Assembly (NCBI GenBank): GCA_003158585.1
Contig: PMKE01000071.1
Location: 10,003-74,002, forward strand
DNA: 64,000 bases
Direction: 5' to 3'
Origin: Alphaproteobacteria bacterium
Lineage (GTDB): Bacteria > Pseudomonadota > Alphaproteobacteria > Micropepsales > Micropepsaceae
Shown one piece after another: positions 39,781 to 48,652 of this stretch. The first letter of the stretch is position 1. Each line of letters begins with the position of its first letter. Below the pieces are notes generated by a model. It saw only the letters and a program-made list of their open reading frames with translations, ran no database searches and had not been told where the DNA came from. Made by a program: the position numbers and the translations under genes.

Positions 39781-40647
39781 TTACAGCCGCTCTGATGGGC
39801 GGGCGAAAGGCAGAAAAGTCAGACCGGACTTCTCAATTTCTGCGTTGGCGGTGAGGAGTTTCTCAATGCCGGCCGAAAAACTCTTCGCATGCGAGTCGAA
39901 CCAGCCGTGTGCAGTATTTGCGTTGCTGTCAAAGAAACCATCGCCGCGCGAGTCGAACTTGATGGACCGCCAGTAGCAATCTTCGAAATCGAACTCGGGA
40001 CAATCGCCAAATGTCTTGAGACCGAGAAACTTGAAGACGCTCTCCAGTTCGGCCGACAGCGGCGGGTGTTTGGGTCGGTAATGGATGACCCACCCCTTCT
40101 CCCGTCCGGTATCCAGCCAGGTTAAGCGGTACAGGAAATTATCGTCCTCGCTCTGCTTCATGCTCTCGTGTTTTGCGGCCGTATGGCCGTCGCCGCCGAA
40201 GCTGAAATCGAGCTGCCGTCCGCGAGACTGCTTCCCGAAGAAGTATCCCCATCCCTCCGGCTGGACGAAAAAGAAGCCGCAGCTTTCAAGCTCGCGCGCA
40301 GCCGCTCCCAAATTGCCGTACGCCGCGCCGAAAAGGCTTGCGAACTGCTCCACGTTGAAGCCCTCGTCCACCCAGCGCACGTAGCATTGACGGCCTGCGG
40401 CGAACCCGCAGCCGCTCCGCTCGAATCCTAGATAGCTGAGAAAATCGGGAATCTGTATGCCGGACGTGGACCATGTGCTCGGCTCGACATGCAGGCTGTA
40501 CCCGATATCGTCCTTGCTCCATTGCAGGCGCGCTAACAGGAAGTTAGCGCCGCCGCCCTGCGCTCTCGCTACAACCTCGGACTTCAAAGCTTGGTGTGGA
40601 TCGCGTGCCATAATCGCAAACTCAATGCCGACTCCTTGAGCGAGCAT
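39781..40647 (-). CDS. Hypothetical protein with internal two-fold repeat, co-transcribed with the TIR gene
   Basis: 288-codon ORF ending 7 nt before the TIR start. Two similar modules: FLSYLGFERSGCGFAAGRQCYVRW... and FKFLGLKTFGDCPEFDFEDCYWRS... Confidence 0.55.
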   Translation of the reverse strand: MLAQGVGIEFAIMARDPHQALKSEVVARAQGGGANFLLARLQWSKDDIGYSLHVEPSTWSTSGIQIPDFLSYLGFERSGCGFAAGRQCYVRWVDEGFNVEQFASLFGAAYGNLGAAARELESCGFFFVQPEGWGYFFGKQSRGRQLDFSFGGDGHTAAKHESMKQSEDDNFLYRLTWLDTGREKGWVIHYRPKHPPLSAELESVFKFLGLKTFGDCPEFDFEDCYWRSIKFDSRGDGFFDSNANTAHGWFDSHAKSFSAGIEKLLTANAEIEKSGLTFLPFARPSERL

Positions 40648-40678
40648 GATACTATGATTCCGAGGAATCGCTGACTCT

Positions 40679-42463
40679 ATGCGCGGAATGACGAAACTGG
40701 CCCCGAAATCTCAACTGACGGCGACAAGATCACAGAGCGTTGCGACAAACGGTCTTCGGCTCGTTCGACAGCTGACGCTTGCAGGACTTGATCCGCTGGA
40801 ATCGGCAGTGGAAATCGCGTCCGCCGCCGGAATCGAGGCGCGGGGTGCGGTATTCACAAAGCGCGAGGTCGTCGAGTTCATTCTCGATCTGGTCGGATAC
40901 ACGACTGATCGCGACCTTACGCACCTTCGGCTCCTTGAGCCTGCCTTCGGAAACGGGGATTTTCTTCTCGTCGCTGCGGAGCGGCTTCTTGCCTCATATC
41001 GCACCCATCCCGGCAGTAAAACGAGTCAGGGCGGAGCAACTGCGCTTCGGAACAGTATTCGGGCCGTTGAACTACATCGCGGTACTTTCGATGCGACACG
41101 TGAGAAGCTCAAGGCGCTTCTCACTGCGAACAACGTGGGAGACGAGACATCGGAAGAACTCCTGGCCGCTTGGCTTCAGTGTGGAGACTTCCTTCTAGCC
41201 GATATTGACCACACCTTTCATGTGGTCGTCGGCAATCCGCCCTATGTCCGTCAAGAACTCATTGCAGACGCGCTCATCAACGAATATCGCAGGCGTTACC
41301 AGACCATATTCGACCGGGCGGACATATACGTTCCATTTATCGAGCGCTCTCTATCTTTGCTTGAGCCGAAAGGAACGCTCGGTTTCATTTGCGCCGACCG
41401 TTGGATGAAGAATCGATATGGTGGGCCACTCCGGCGATTCGTCGCTGACAGATATCGACTCAAATATCATGTCGATATGACGGACACTCCGGCATTCCAC
41501 AGCGACGTTATCGCGTACCCTGCAATTTCGATCATTTGCCACGAGAAATCCGGTCCCACTCGTGTCGCATACCGGCCGGAAATCGAGGCGGCGTCGCTCA
41601 ATACCCTTGCGCGAGAATTAAAGGGTAAGAAGTTGTCAGCGCGGGTCACCGAATATCCGACAATCACTTCGGGCGACGCTCCTTGGATACTTGAGGGTAA
41701 CGGACGTGGGAAGATCGTGCGGGCGCTTGAAGCGCGACTGCCGACGCTTGAGGAAGCCGGATGCATGGTCGGTATCGGTGTTGCCACGGGAGCCGACCAA
41801 GTTTTCATTCAGCCCCTCGACGAATTTAACCTTGAACATGATCGCACGCTCCCGCTTGTCATGACGCGAGACATTGAAACGGGGACGATCAAGTGGCGCG
41901 GATACGGCGTGCTCAATCCGTTTGGAGAGGATGGAAAGCTCGTTTCGCTTCGCGATTATCCGAAGCTCGCTGCATACCTCGAAACACATGGAGCGGCGAT
42001 CAAGGCGCGGCACGTGTCTAAGAAGAACCCGAACTCGTGGTATCGGACGATTGACCGGATTTATCCCGAACTCACACACCGGCCGAAACTACTCATTCCC
42101 GATATCAAGGGAACAGCGCATATCGTCTATGATAGTGGTCGGTTCTATCCGCATCACAATCTCTACTACATCACTTCCGAGACGTGGGACCTTCACGCGC
42201 TGCGGGCGATACTGCGCTCGGGCGTCGCGTGGCTCTTCGTTTCGACATATGCCACGAAGATGCGCGGCGGATACCTACGATTTCAAGCGCAATATCTTCG
42301 TCGCATCCGCGTGCCGCATTGGAAAGACGTTCCGGCAAAAGTGCGCGAGGAATTGGTGCAAGCGGGCAAATCAAATGATGCCAATCGCTGCAACGACGCA
42401 GTTGCGCACCTATATGGCTTGGGCGAGTCGGAACGGTACGCTTTAATGGGGGGTGAAAGCTGA
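40679..42463 (+). CDS. Gamma-class N6-adenine DNA methyltransferase (Eco57I/TaqI-like; M.XhoI/M.PaeR7I-type)
   Basis: [16 protein letters not shown], motif [13 protein letters not shown], motif [11 protein letters not shown], plus a C-terminal target-recognition domain. ATG 40688 is an alternative start. Confidence 0.85.
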   Translation: MRGMTKLAPKSQLTATRSQSVATNGLRLVRQLTLAGLDPLESAVEIASAAGIEARGAVFTKREVVEFILDLVGYTTDRDLTHLRLLEPAFGNGDFLLVAAERLLASYRTHPGSKTSQGGATALRNSIRAVELHRGTFDATREKLKALLTANNVGDETSEELLAAWLQCGDFLLADIDHTFHVVVGNPPYVRQELIADALINEYRRRYQTIFDRADIYVPFIERSLSLLEPKGTLGFICADRWMKNRYGGPLRRFVADRYRLKYHVDMTDTPAFHSDVIAYPAISIICHEKSGPTRVAYRPEIEAASLNTLARELKGKKLSARVTEYPTITSGDAPWILEGNGRGKIVRALEARLPTLEEAGCMVGIGVATGADQVFIQPLDEFNLEHDRTLPLVMTRDIETGTIKWRGYGVLNPFGEDGKLVSLRDYPKLAAYLETHGAAIKARHVSKKNPNSWYRTIDRIYPELTHRPKLLIPDIKGTAHIVYDSGRFYPHHNLYYITSETWDLHALRAILRSGVAWLFVSTYATKMRGGYLRFQAQYLRRIRVPHWKDVPAKVREELVQAGKSNDANRCNDAVAHLYGLGESERYALMGGES

Positions 42464-42466
42464 TCT

Positions 42467-43210
42467 ATGGCGCTCAATCTTGCAAACTACGACGAAAAGT
42501 CCCGCGAGGCCGTGAGGGCGTTTTGGGGAAACCGCGAAGCGGCGAGGAAAAAACAAATCGAGCTTGGCAAAAGCGACCAGGGCGAGCGGGCAGGCGTCAC
42601 GGGTGGCAAGAACATGGACGGGTTCGCCGCTCTCGTTCTCGACCTCGTCGCGGCGAACGGACTCGCTGACGCGCAAATCATGCGGGAAAGGCGTGCACTG
42701 ACACTTCCCGGTTATTTCCGTCCTACGAAGCTCTGGGATTTGCTCGTAATCCACGGGGGACAGCTGCTTGCTGCGCTCGAATTCAAGTCGCAAGTCGGGC
42801 CGTCGTTCGGAAATAATTTCAATAATCGCGCGGAGGAATCCCTCGGAACGGCCGTCGATTTCTGGACAGCCTACCGGGAGGGGGCGTTCGGGGAAATTCC
42901 AAAGCCGTTCGTCGGCTGGATGATACTCGTCGAGGACGAACCGGCGTCGCGGGCAAAAGTGAAAGAAACTTCGCCGAATTTTCCGGTATTTGAGGAGTTC
43001 AAAAACGTCTCGTATGCAGAGCGGTACAATATCCTCTGCAAAAAGCTCGTTAAGGAACAGCACTACACCGCCGCATCGGTGCTCCTCTCGCCGCGCGATG
43101 CGATCAACTCGGGGATGTACAGTGAGATGTCAGAGCTTACGGACCTCAAGACATTCGTGACCGGCTTCGCAGGGCACATCGCGGCGGCAGCAGCGCGGAA
43201 GAGCGCCTAG
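42467..43210 (+). CDS. XhoI/PaeR7I-family type II restriction endonuclease
   Basis: [26 protein letters not shown] and [23 protein letters not shown] match my recollection of the RE_XhoI family. Starts 3 nt after the methyltransferase stop. Confidence 0.75.
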   Translation: MALNLANYDEKSREAVRAFWGNREAARKKQIELGKSDQGERAGVTGGKNMDGFAALVLDLVAANGLADAQIMRERRALTLPGYFRPTKLWDLLVIHGGQLLAALEFKSQVGPSFGNNFNNRAEESLGTAVDFWTAYREGAFGEIPKPFVGWMILVEDEPASRAKVKETSPNFPVFEEFKNVSYAERYNILCKKLVKEQHYTAASVLLSPRDAINSGMYSEMSELTDLKTFVTGFAGHIAAAAARKSA

Positions 43211-43255
43211 CAAACTCACGAAACAACTTGAAGCAACTTCTCCGTCACGTGGTCA

Positions 43256-43522
43256 TCACTTAACGTCGGCATACCCGAACCAGATTTCGTTGATCCACAC
43301 CGCCGTCGCCTTCGTCTCCCCGGACAGCACTGCCTTCTTGCCGCGATTGTTCGCTCGGATGATCCGCGAGAGTACGTGCCTCGCTTCTATGCTCATGTAC
43401 TGGGGGTCTCGTCTCCCGAAGAACTCGCGGATGATCTTGTCCGTGGTCCTGATAACGACGGCCTTCTTTTCGGGCGATTTTGTCCGGCTCTCGCCCCAGA
43501 CCGTGAATCCCTCATGTCCCAT
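43256..43522 (-). CDS. Hypothetical 88-aa protein
   Basis: ORF only. No clear Shine-Dalgarno sequence and no recognised family. Confidence 0.3.
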   Translation of the reverse strand: MGHEGFTVWGESRTKSPEKKAVVIRTTDKIIREFFGRRDPQYMSIEARHVLSRIIRANNRGKKAVLSGETKATAVWINEIWFGYADVK

Positions 43523-43779
43523 ACTGTGCGCGATGAATTGCTAATGCCCGCAGTGTCGCAGTGGAGCGGAGGGCAAAAAAGGACGACGAACCTGACAATC
43601 CGCCGGATCGCTTGGAACAGCGAGCAAGAGTCCTCCGTGCTGTCAGGTTTGTCTCCCGTGCGTGGATAATCTGTCGCGCATACGATGATTCCATGTGGAA
43701 TCGTGGCGAATTGCCGCAAAGCAGCTTCTCCGCGGCGGCCATAGAATCCCGTGTTCGTGATCCTTTGCGGAGGAAACCC

Positions 43780-44160
43780 ATGAAACTCTTGCTTCGTCGC
43801 AGTGAACGCTCGTCCGTTTTGGGCAAGCCGGTATACGTTCTCGAAATGCGCGCCGGACTTTCGGAAGAAGAAAGGGGCTGGATTCAGAAATACAAATTCG
43901 GCCCGTCGTTTCTGTACACGAAGAAGGGCAAGCCGACCGGAGACACGACCACGTGGACCGGTATCGGCCAGAATCTTCTCCACTATGCAATGGACCTCAC
44001 CGTGTCCGTGAACGACCTTGTGAACGGCAAGAAGATAGAGTGTAAGGACATTATGGAAATGTTGGCCGTCGAGGGGCAAATCCGCGAGGCGGCGCAGAAC
44101 TTCGCGAATGTTCTCCGCGCGGCGTCGCAGTTCGGTGGTGAAGAAGTGATCGAACTCTAA
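43780..44160 (+). CDS. Hypothetical 126-aa protein upstream of the ATPase
   Basis: ATG 43780 is preceded by GGAGGA at 43769-43774. The stop is 1 nt before the ATPase GTG start. Confidence 0.5.
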   Translation: MKLLLRRSERSSVLGKPVYVLEMRAGLSEEERGWIQKYKFGPSFLYTKKGKPTGDTTTWTGIGQNLLHYAMDLTVSVNDLVNGKKIECKDIMEMLAVEGQIREAAQNFANVLRAASQFGGEEVIEL

Positions 44161-44161
44161 C

Positions 44162-46792
44162 GTGGCGATCAACCTCTTTAGCTGGCTTCTTCCGGGAACC
44201 AAGGAAAAGGAACTCCGGGACACGCGCTCGTCGTGGGAACGAACGGAGCGGGCGTGGAAGGCGTCGCCTCTCGCTTTCTTCGACCCCGCGGACCTCGCGG
44301 ACGAAGTCGTGCGCGAGACGATGCAAGACGCGGAGCGCATGCCCGCCGTGCCCGTTGTCGCGGCTCTGTGCGAAGCGACGGAAGAACTCGTCCGCGCCGA
44401 ATCCGTAGGCGATATAGAACCGTTGTGGAGCGTCATAGAAGAGAATGTCGAAGCCGCAGTCGGCTTCCGTGAAATGGTCGGCCGCCGCTCGGTTTGGGCG
44501 ACGAACTTCAAGACCATGCGCGGTGTATGGGCCAAGCTTTTGTCCGGCCCATATCGCGAATTCGTGAAAGCGCTTCCCGAATCTTGCTTTGGGCAATGGG
44601 ATGAGAAGGGAGAGTTTGAGGTCCCGCTCGTCGACCTTCTCGACAATCCGGCAGAACTAATCGAGAAGCTTATTTCGTTCCCGTTCACGGACGAGGCGCT
44701 TAATCTCAAGCTCTTCGAGGAATATCGCGGGCGTCTCCGTAGTCGCATCGCGGACGCATCCGGCATGTCGTTAGCCGACATGGCGAAGGGTGAGCGCGGC
44801 ATCGTTCCGCCCACCGCGCAGAAGAACAAGAGCGCGCGAGAACTCTTGGACCTGTATTTAGGCGGAACTCCGTTTGCGGAACTCTTCGCACTCCCGGTCC
44901 CATTCTCCGTGCCCGAGCACGTCCGTTTTGAACATTGCCACGTCATCGGCGGCACGGGGCACGGCAAGACGCAGCTGCTTCAGAAGATGATTTATGCCGA
45001 CTTGGTGCAGTCGCAATACGACCGCCGAAGCGTGGTCGTTATCGATAGCCAGGGCGACATGATCCAAAAGCTCTCCCGTCTGGAGCTTTTCTCTCCATAC
45101 GTGCCCGGAGGGTTGGGAGACCGGCTCGTCCTCATTGATCCGTCGGACGTGTTGCATCCGTTTGCCTTGAACCTCTTTGACGCGCACATGGACAGGGTGA
45201 AGGACTATGACGCGGCAGACAAAGAACGCGTGCTGAACGGTGTCGTGGAGCTATACGAGACCTTCTTCGACGCCCTCTTGGGAGCCGAACTCACGGCCCG
45301 TCAGGACGTGGTGTTCCGATACATCGCCCGCCTCATGCTCACCATTCCTGGCGCGACGATCCACACTCTCATGCAGATCATGGAGAACGGAAAGGCGTTC
45401 AAGCCGCACATGGACCGGCTGGAAGGGTCGGGACGGCGTTTCTTCGAGACCGAGTTCTTCTCTCCTTCGTTTGCCCCCACGAAGAGTCAAATCCTGAAAC
45501 GGCTCTGGGGCGTCCTCTCCACTCCGGCCTTCGACCGCATGTTCTCGCAGCAAGAGAACAAGCTCGACCTCTTCGATGCGTTGAACAGCGGGAAGATCAT
45601 CCTCGTGAACACGGCCAAGGACGTGCTCAAGGAGGAAGGGAGCCGTGTGTTCGGCCGCTTCTTCATCGCCATGCTGGCACAAGCGGCTCTGGAGCGCTCC
45701 ACGATACGCGATAAGGACCGCACGCCCGCGTTTGTGTACGTGGACGAAGCGCACGAGTATTTCGACGACCGGATAGAGGCAATTCTGAACCAAGCACGGA
45801 AATTCAAAGTTGGCATAACACTCGCGCATCAGACGCTGGACCAGCTATCGACCCGCCTTCGCTCGGTCATACTCGCAGACACCAGCATCAAATGCGCTGG
45901 GGGCGTGTCCGCCAAAGATGCACGCGCCATCGCGGACGAACTCCATACGACGCCCGAGTTCATCGACGGAATGCGGCGGAAAGGCCCCAAGACGGAGTTC
46001 GCTGTATGGGTCAAAAACGTCACGCCTCACGCCGTCCGGCTCTCCGTTCCTCTCGGCTTCCTTGAGCGGCAGTACACGCTCGACGAGGAGGGATACGATC
46101 TTCTCATCGAGAGAAACCGGGAACGATACAGCGGGACGGTTGCGAGCGCGCCCGTTGTCGGAGAGCCGATCCCGGAAGAGACGCCGAAGCCGACCCCAAC
46201 GCCCCGCGTCGAACCGCCACCCAAAACGGATAGCGTTCCGCTCCCGCGTCCTCCGCGCGATATCTCCGCGCCGCGCGAGCCGGGCAAGGGAGGGCCGAAG
46301 CACACATACCTCCAATCACTCGTGAAGGAATTGGCGGAGCAACAGGGATTGAAGGCGACGATTGAAGCGCCGGTTCCCGGAGGCGGACAGGTTGACGTGC
46401 TTATCGAGCGGGACGGGGTGCTGGCGGCAATCGAAGTATCGGTCACGACGCCCGTTGAATACGAACGGCAGAATTTGGAGAAATGCCTCCGCGCCGGATA
46501 CCCGAAGGTCGCGGTCGTTCTCGCCAAGTCGAAAACGCAGCAAAGCGCGTACCGCGCGGCGCTGTATGAATCTGTCCCCGATACTGACCGCGAGCGCGTC
46601 TCGTACCTCACGCCCGAAGAGATACCCGACTATATCGCCACTCTCGCGCCGCCACCGCCGCGCTCAGAGCGGATTGTCCGGGGATACCGCGTGAAGGGTG
46701 CGGTCTCTCCCGTGACGGCGGAGGATGCGAAGGCGAGGCGCGACGCGGTCGCACGCCTTATCGCAAAGTCGCTGTCTGGACAGACGGATTAG
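44162..46792 (+). CDS. TraD/VirD4/HerA-like P-loop ATPase with Pro-rich linker and C-terminal PD-(D/E)xK-like domain
   Basis: Walker A VIGGTGHGKTQ, Walker B FVYVDEAHEYF, ITLAHQTLDQL. Linker PEETPKPTPTPRVEPPPK. C-terminal GGGQVDVLIERDGVLAAIEVSVT. Confidence 0.7.
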   Translation: MAINLFSWLLPGTKEKELRDTRSSWERTERAWKASPLAFFDPADLADEVVRETMQDAERMPAVPVVAALCEATEELVRAESVGDIEPLWSVIEENVEAAVGFREMVGRRSVWATNFKTMRGVWAKLLSGPYREFVKALPESCFGQWDEKGEFEVPLVDLLDNPAELIEKLISFPFTDEALNLKLFEEYRGRLRSRIADASGMSLADMAKGERGIVPPTAQKNKSARELLDLYLGGTPFAELFALPVPFSVPEHVRFEHCHVIGGTGHGKTQLLQKMIYADLVQSQYDRRSVVVIDSQGDMIQKLSRLELFSPYVPGGLGDRLVLIDPSDVLHPFALNLFDAHMDRVKDYDAADKERVLNGVVELYETFFDALLGAELTARQDVVFRYIARLMLTIPGATIHTLMQIMENGKAFKPHMDRLEGSGRRFFETEFFSPSFAPTKSQILKRLWGVLSTPAFDRMFSQQENKLDLFDALNSGKIILVNTAKDVLKEEGSRVFGRFFIAMLAQAALERSTIRDKDRTPAFVYVDEAHEYFDDRIEAILNQARKFKVGITLAHQTLDQLSTRLRSVILADTSIKCAGGVSAKDARAIADELHTTPEFIDGMRRKGPKTEFAVWVKNVTPHAVRLSVPLGFLERQYTLDEEGYDLLIERNRERYSGTVASAPVVGEPIPEETPKPTPTPRVEPPPKTDSVPLPRPPRDISAPREPGKGGPKHTYLQSLVKELAEQQGLKATIEAPVPGGGQVDVLIERDGVLAAIEVSVTTPVEYERQNLEKCLRAGYPKVAVVLAKSKTQQSAYRAALYESVPDTDRERVSYLTPEEIPDYIATLAPPPPRSERIVRGYRVKGAVSPVTAEDAKARRDAVARLIAKSLSGQTD

Positions 46793-46961
46793 GCGGAGGC
46801 ATTCCCCTTATCGGCTTGCAGTATCCGCAGCGGGGCCACCCGTCGCACACAAGCCAGTACCGCCGCATGAAGAGGGTCCGCAGGGATCGGCCGATCCGCA
46901 CTTGAAGCGGCTTGCCGCACTCGGGGCAGACCTTGTTCTCGTTCGCAGCCTCAAGCGGCAT
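46758..46961 (-). CDS. Small topoisomerase-type C4 zinc-ribbon protein
   Basis: CPECGKPLQVRIGR...WLVCDGWPRCGYCK. ATG 46961 overlaps the end of the tandem-HTH ORF by 11 nt. Confidence 0.55.
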   Translation of the reverse strand: MPLEAANENKVCPECGKPLQVRIGRSLRTLFMRRYWLVCDGWPRCGYCKPIRGMPPPNPSVQTATLR

Positions 46962-47412
46962 CGCGGCCCCCTTCCGGCTCGCTTTCCATCGCGAGGAACC
47001 GGGACACCTTGTCCCCTGACAGGCGCGGCTTCCAGTCTCCACGTTCCCAATGGGAAAGCGTGCCCTCGTCAACGCCGAGGAGCTTCGCGGTTGTCTTGAT
47101 GGACAGACCGAGCCGCAACCGCTGCCGGGAGATGCGCTCTGCCAGGGTGGCAGGGGCCGGGAGGGGGTCATAGCCGAGGAAGCGAAAGATCGCCGGGAAC
47201 TGCTTAGCCGTGGGCTTCACACGGTCCTTTTCCCAGAGGAGGACCGTCTCGGGCGCTGTGAGGAGTTGTAACGCCGCCTGGGGTTGGGTCAGACCCAGCT
47301 GAAGGCGACGCCTAAGCAGATGTTCGCCCAAGGTTTTGGGCGTCTCGGCATAGGGCTTCGGACGACGCCATCGCAGGGAGACCGGGACGTGGGGGTGCAG
47401 GAAGGCAACGCG
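46951..47412 (-). CDS. Tandem XRE-type HTH protein, currently fused in frame to the comM 5' fragment
   Basis: Two HTH units, LRRRLQLGLTQPQAALQLLTAPETVLLWEK and ISRQRLRLGLSIKTTAKLLGVDEGTLSHWER. No internal ATG; an in-frame TTG at 47331 is a possible own start. Confidence 0.6.
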   Translation of the reverse strand, partial: RVAFLHPHVPVSLRWRRPKPYAETPKTLGEHLLRRRLQLGLTQPQAALQLLTAPETVLLWEKDRVKPTAKQFPAIFRFLGYDPLPAPATLAERISRQRLRLGLSIKTTAKLLGVDEGTLSHWERGDWKPRLSGDKVSRFLAMESEPEGGRDAA

Positions 47413-47418
47413 ACGACA
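47413..47418. other. Right island junction (candidate att core)
   Basis: Minus-strand TGT-CGT directly after ...GCG ATG AAT CCC (AMNP). Counterpart of 27054-27059. Confidence 0.5.
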
Positions 47419-48459
47419 GGGATTCATCGCCGCCACCAGCTGGAAGCGCGCCGGATAGCGCACATGGGCGTTGGCGCGCGCCACGATGGCCTCGCCCGTC
47501 TCGATCGGCTGGCGCAGGGAATCGAGCACCGCACGCTGGAACTCGGGCAGCTCGTCGAGGAACAGCACACCCAGATGAGCCAACGACACTTCGCCCGGCT
47601 TGACCTTCAGCCCGCCGCCGACCAGCGCCGCCATCGAGGCCGAATGATGCGGCGAGCGGAACGGGCGCCGCCGCGAAATCGTGCCGTCCGGCAATTCGCC
47701 CGCCAGCGACTGCACCATCGAGATTTCCAGCGCCTCGCGCGCGTCGAGCGGCGGCAACAGGCCGGGCAGGCGCTGCGCCAGCATCGACTTGCCCGCGCCC
47801 GGCGGCCCGATCATCAGCATGTTGTGGCCTCCCGCCGCGGCGATCTCCAGCGCCCGCTTGGCGGTCTCCTGGCCCTTGACGTCCTTGAGGTCGGGAATGG
47901 AGGTGCGGTCGTCGGCCAGCTTCGCCGCCGGGCGATTCAGCACCTGCACGCCGCGCATGTGATTGACGAGAGCGATCAGCGAGGGTGCGGCGATGATCTC
48001 CACGTCGCCCGCCCAGGCCGCTTCCGAGCCGCAGGCCGCCGGGCAGATGAGGCCGCGATGTTGCTCCGAGGCGGCGAGTGCGGCAGGCAGCACGCCCGCC
48101 ACTGCGATCACCTGCGCGTCGAGCGAGAGTTCGCCCAGCGCCACGTAGTGCTCCATCTCGCTAGCGGGCAAGACGCCCATCGCCGCCAACAGGCCGAGCG
48201 CGATGGGGAGGTCATAGTGGCTTCCCTCTTTCGGCAGGTCGGCCGGGGCGAGGTTCACCGTGACGCGCTGCCAGGGCATGGACAGGCCGATGGCGGTAAG
48301 CGCCACGCGCACCCGCTCTTTCGACTCCGCCACCGCCTTGTCCGCCAGGCCGACCAGGGTGAACTGGCCGCTGCCGCCGTCGGCGATGTGAACCTGCACA
48401 TCGACTTCGCGTGCTTCGATGCCCTGGAAGGCGACGGTATAGATGCGTGCGACGGTCAT
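47413..48459 (-). pseudogene. comM: comM/yifB 5' fragment (N-terminal ~348 codons)
   Basis: MTVARIYTVAFQGIEAREVDVQVH, Walker A MIGPPGAGKSMLA, Walker B GVLFLDELPEF. Ends at RFQLVAAMNPC, then switches to island sequence. Confidence 0.85.
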
Positions 48460-48652
48460 GCGAGCGGCAGGGTCGGAATCGTCGGCCCCGTCTATCCCCC
48501 CTTCTAACGGTCAAACTATCGCGGAACCGGCAGCTTTACGCCAGCGGGACCGCGGCGAAAGGCGGGACGGACGCACAACTTTCCACACCGCTTTGCTCCG
48601 GGGCGGGCAGGATGTACATCTCCAGGGGCAGCTTGCGGCGGAACGACAGAGC

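Larger units (their letters stand above)
27057..47415. mobile_element. About 20.4 kb integrated genomic island in comM (serine-recombinase type, mosaic, defence/cargo rich)
   Basis: Split comM at both ends and a recombinase abutting the left junction. By eye, composition shifts relative to the flanks. Carries a second recombinase, R-M, TIR and a TraD-like ATPase. Confidence 0.8.

Noticed and set aside
43393-44967. A 524-aa minus-strand ORF in the island
   Set aside because: Ser/Arg/Thr-rich low-complexity translation that overlaps the SD-preceded 43780 gene and the Walker-motif ATPase on the plus strand.
27057-47415. Island as a prophage or a self-transmissible ICE
   Set aside because: I could recognise no capsid, terminase, portal, tail or lysis genes, and no relaxase or type IV secretion genes. 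Only a TraD-like ATPase is present, so at most it is a mobilisable or purely integrative island.
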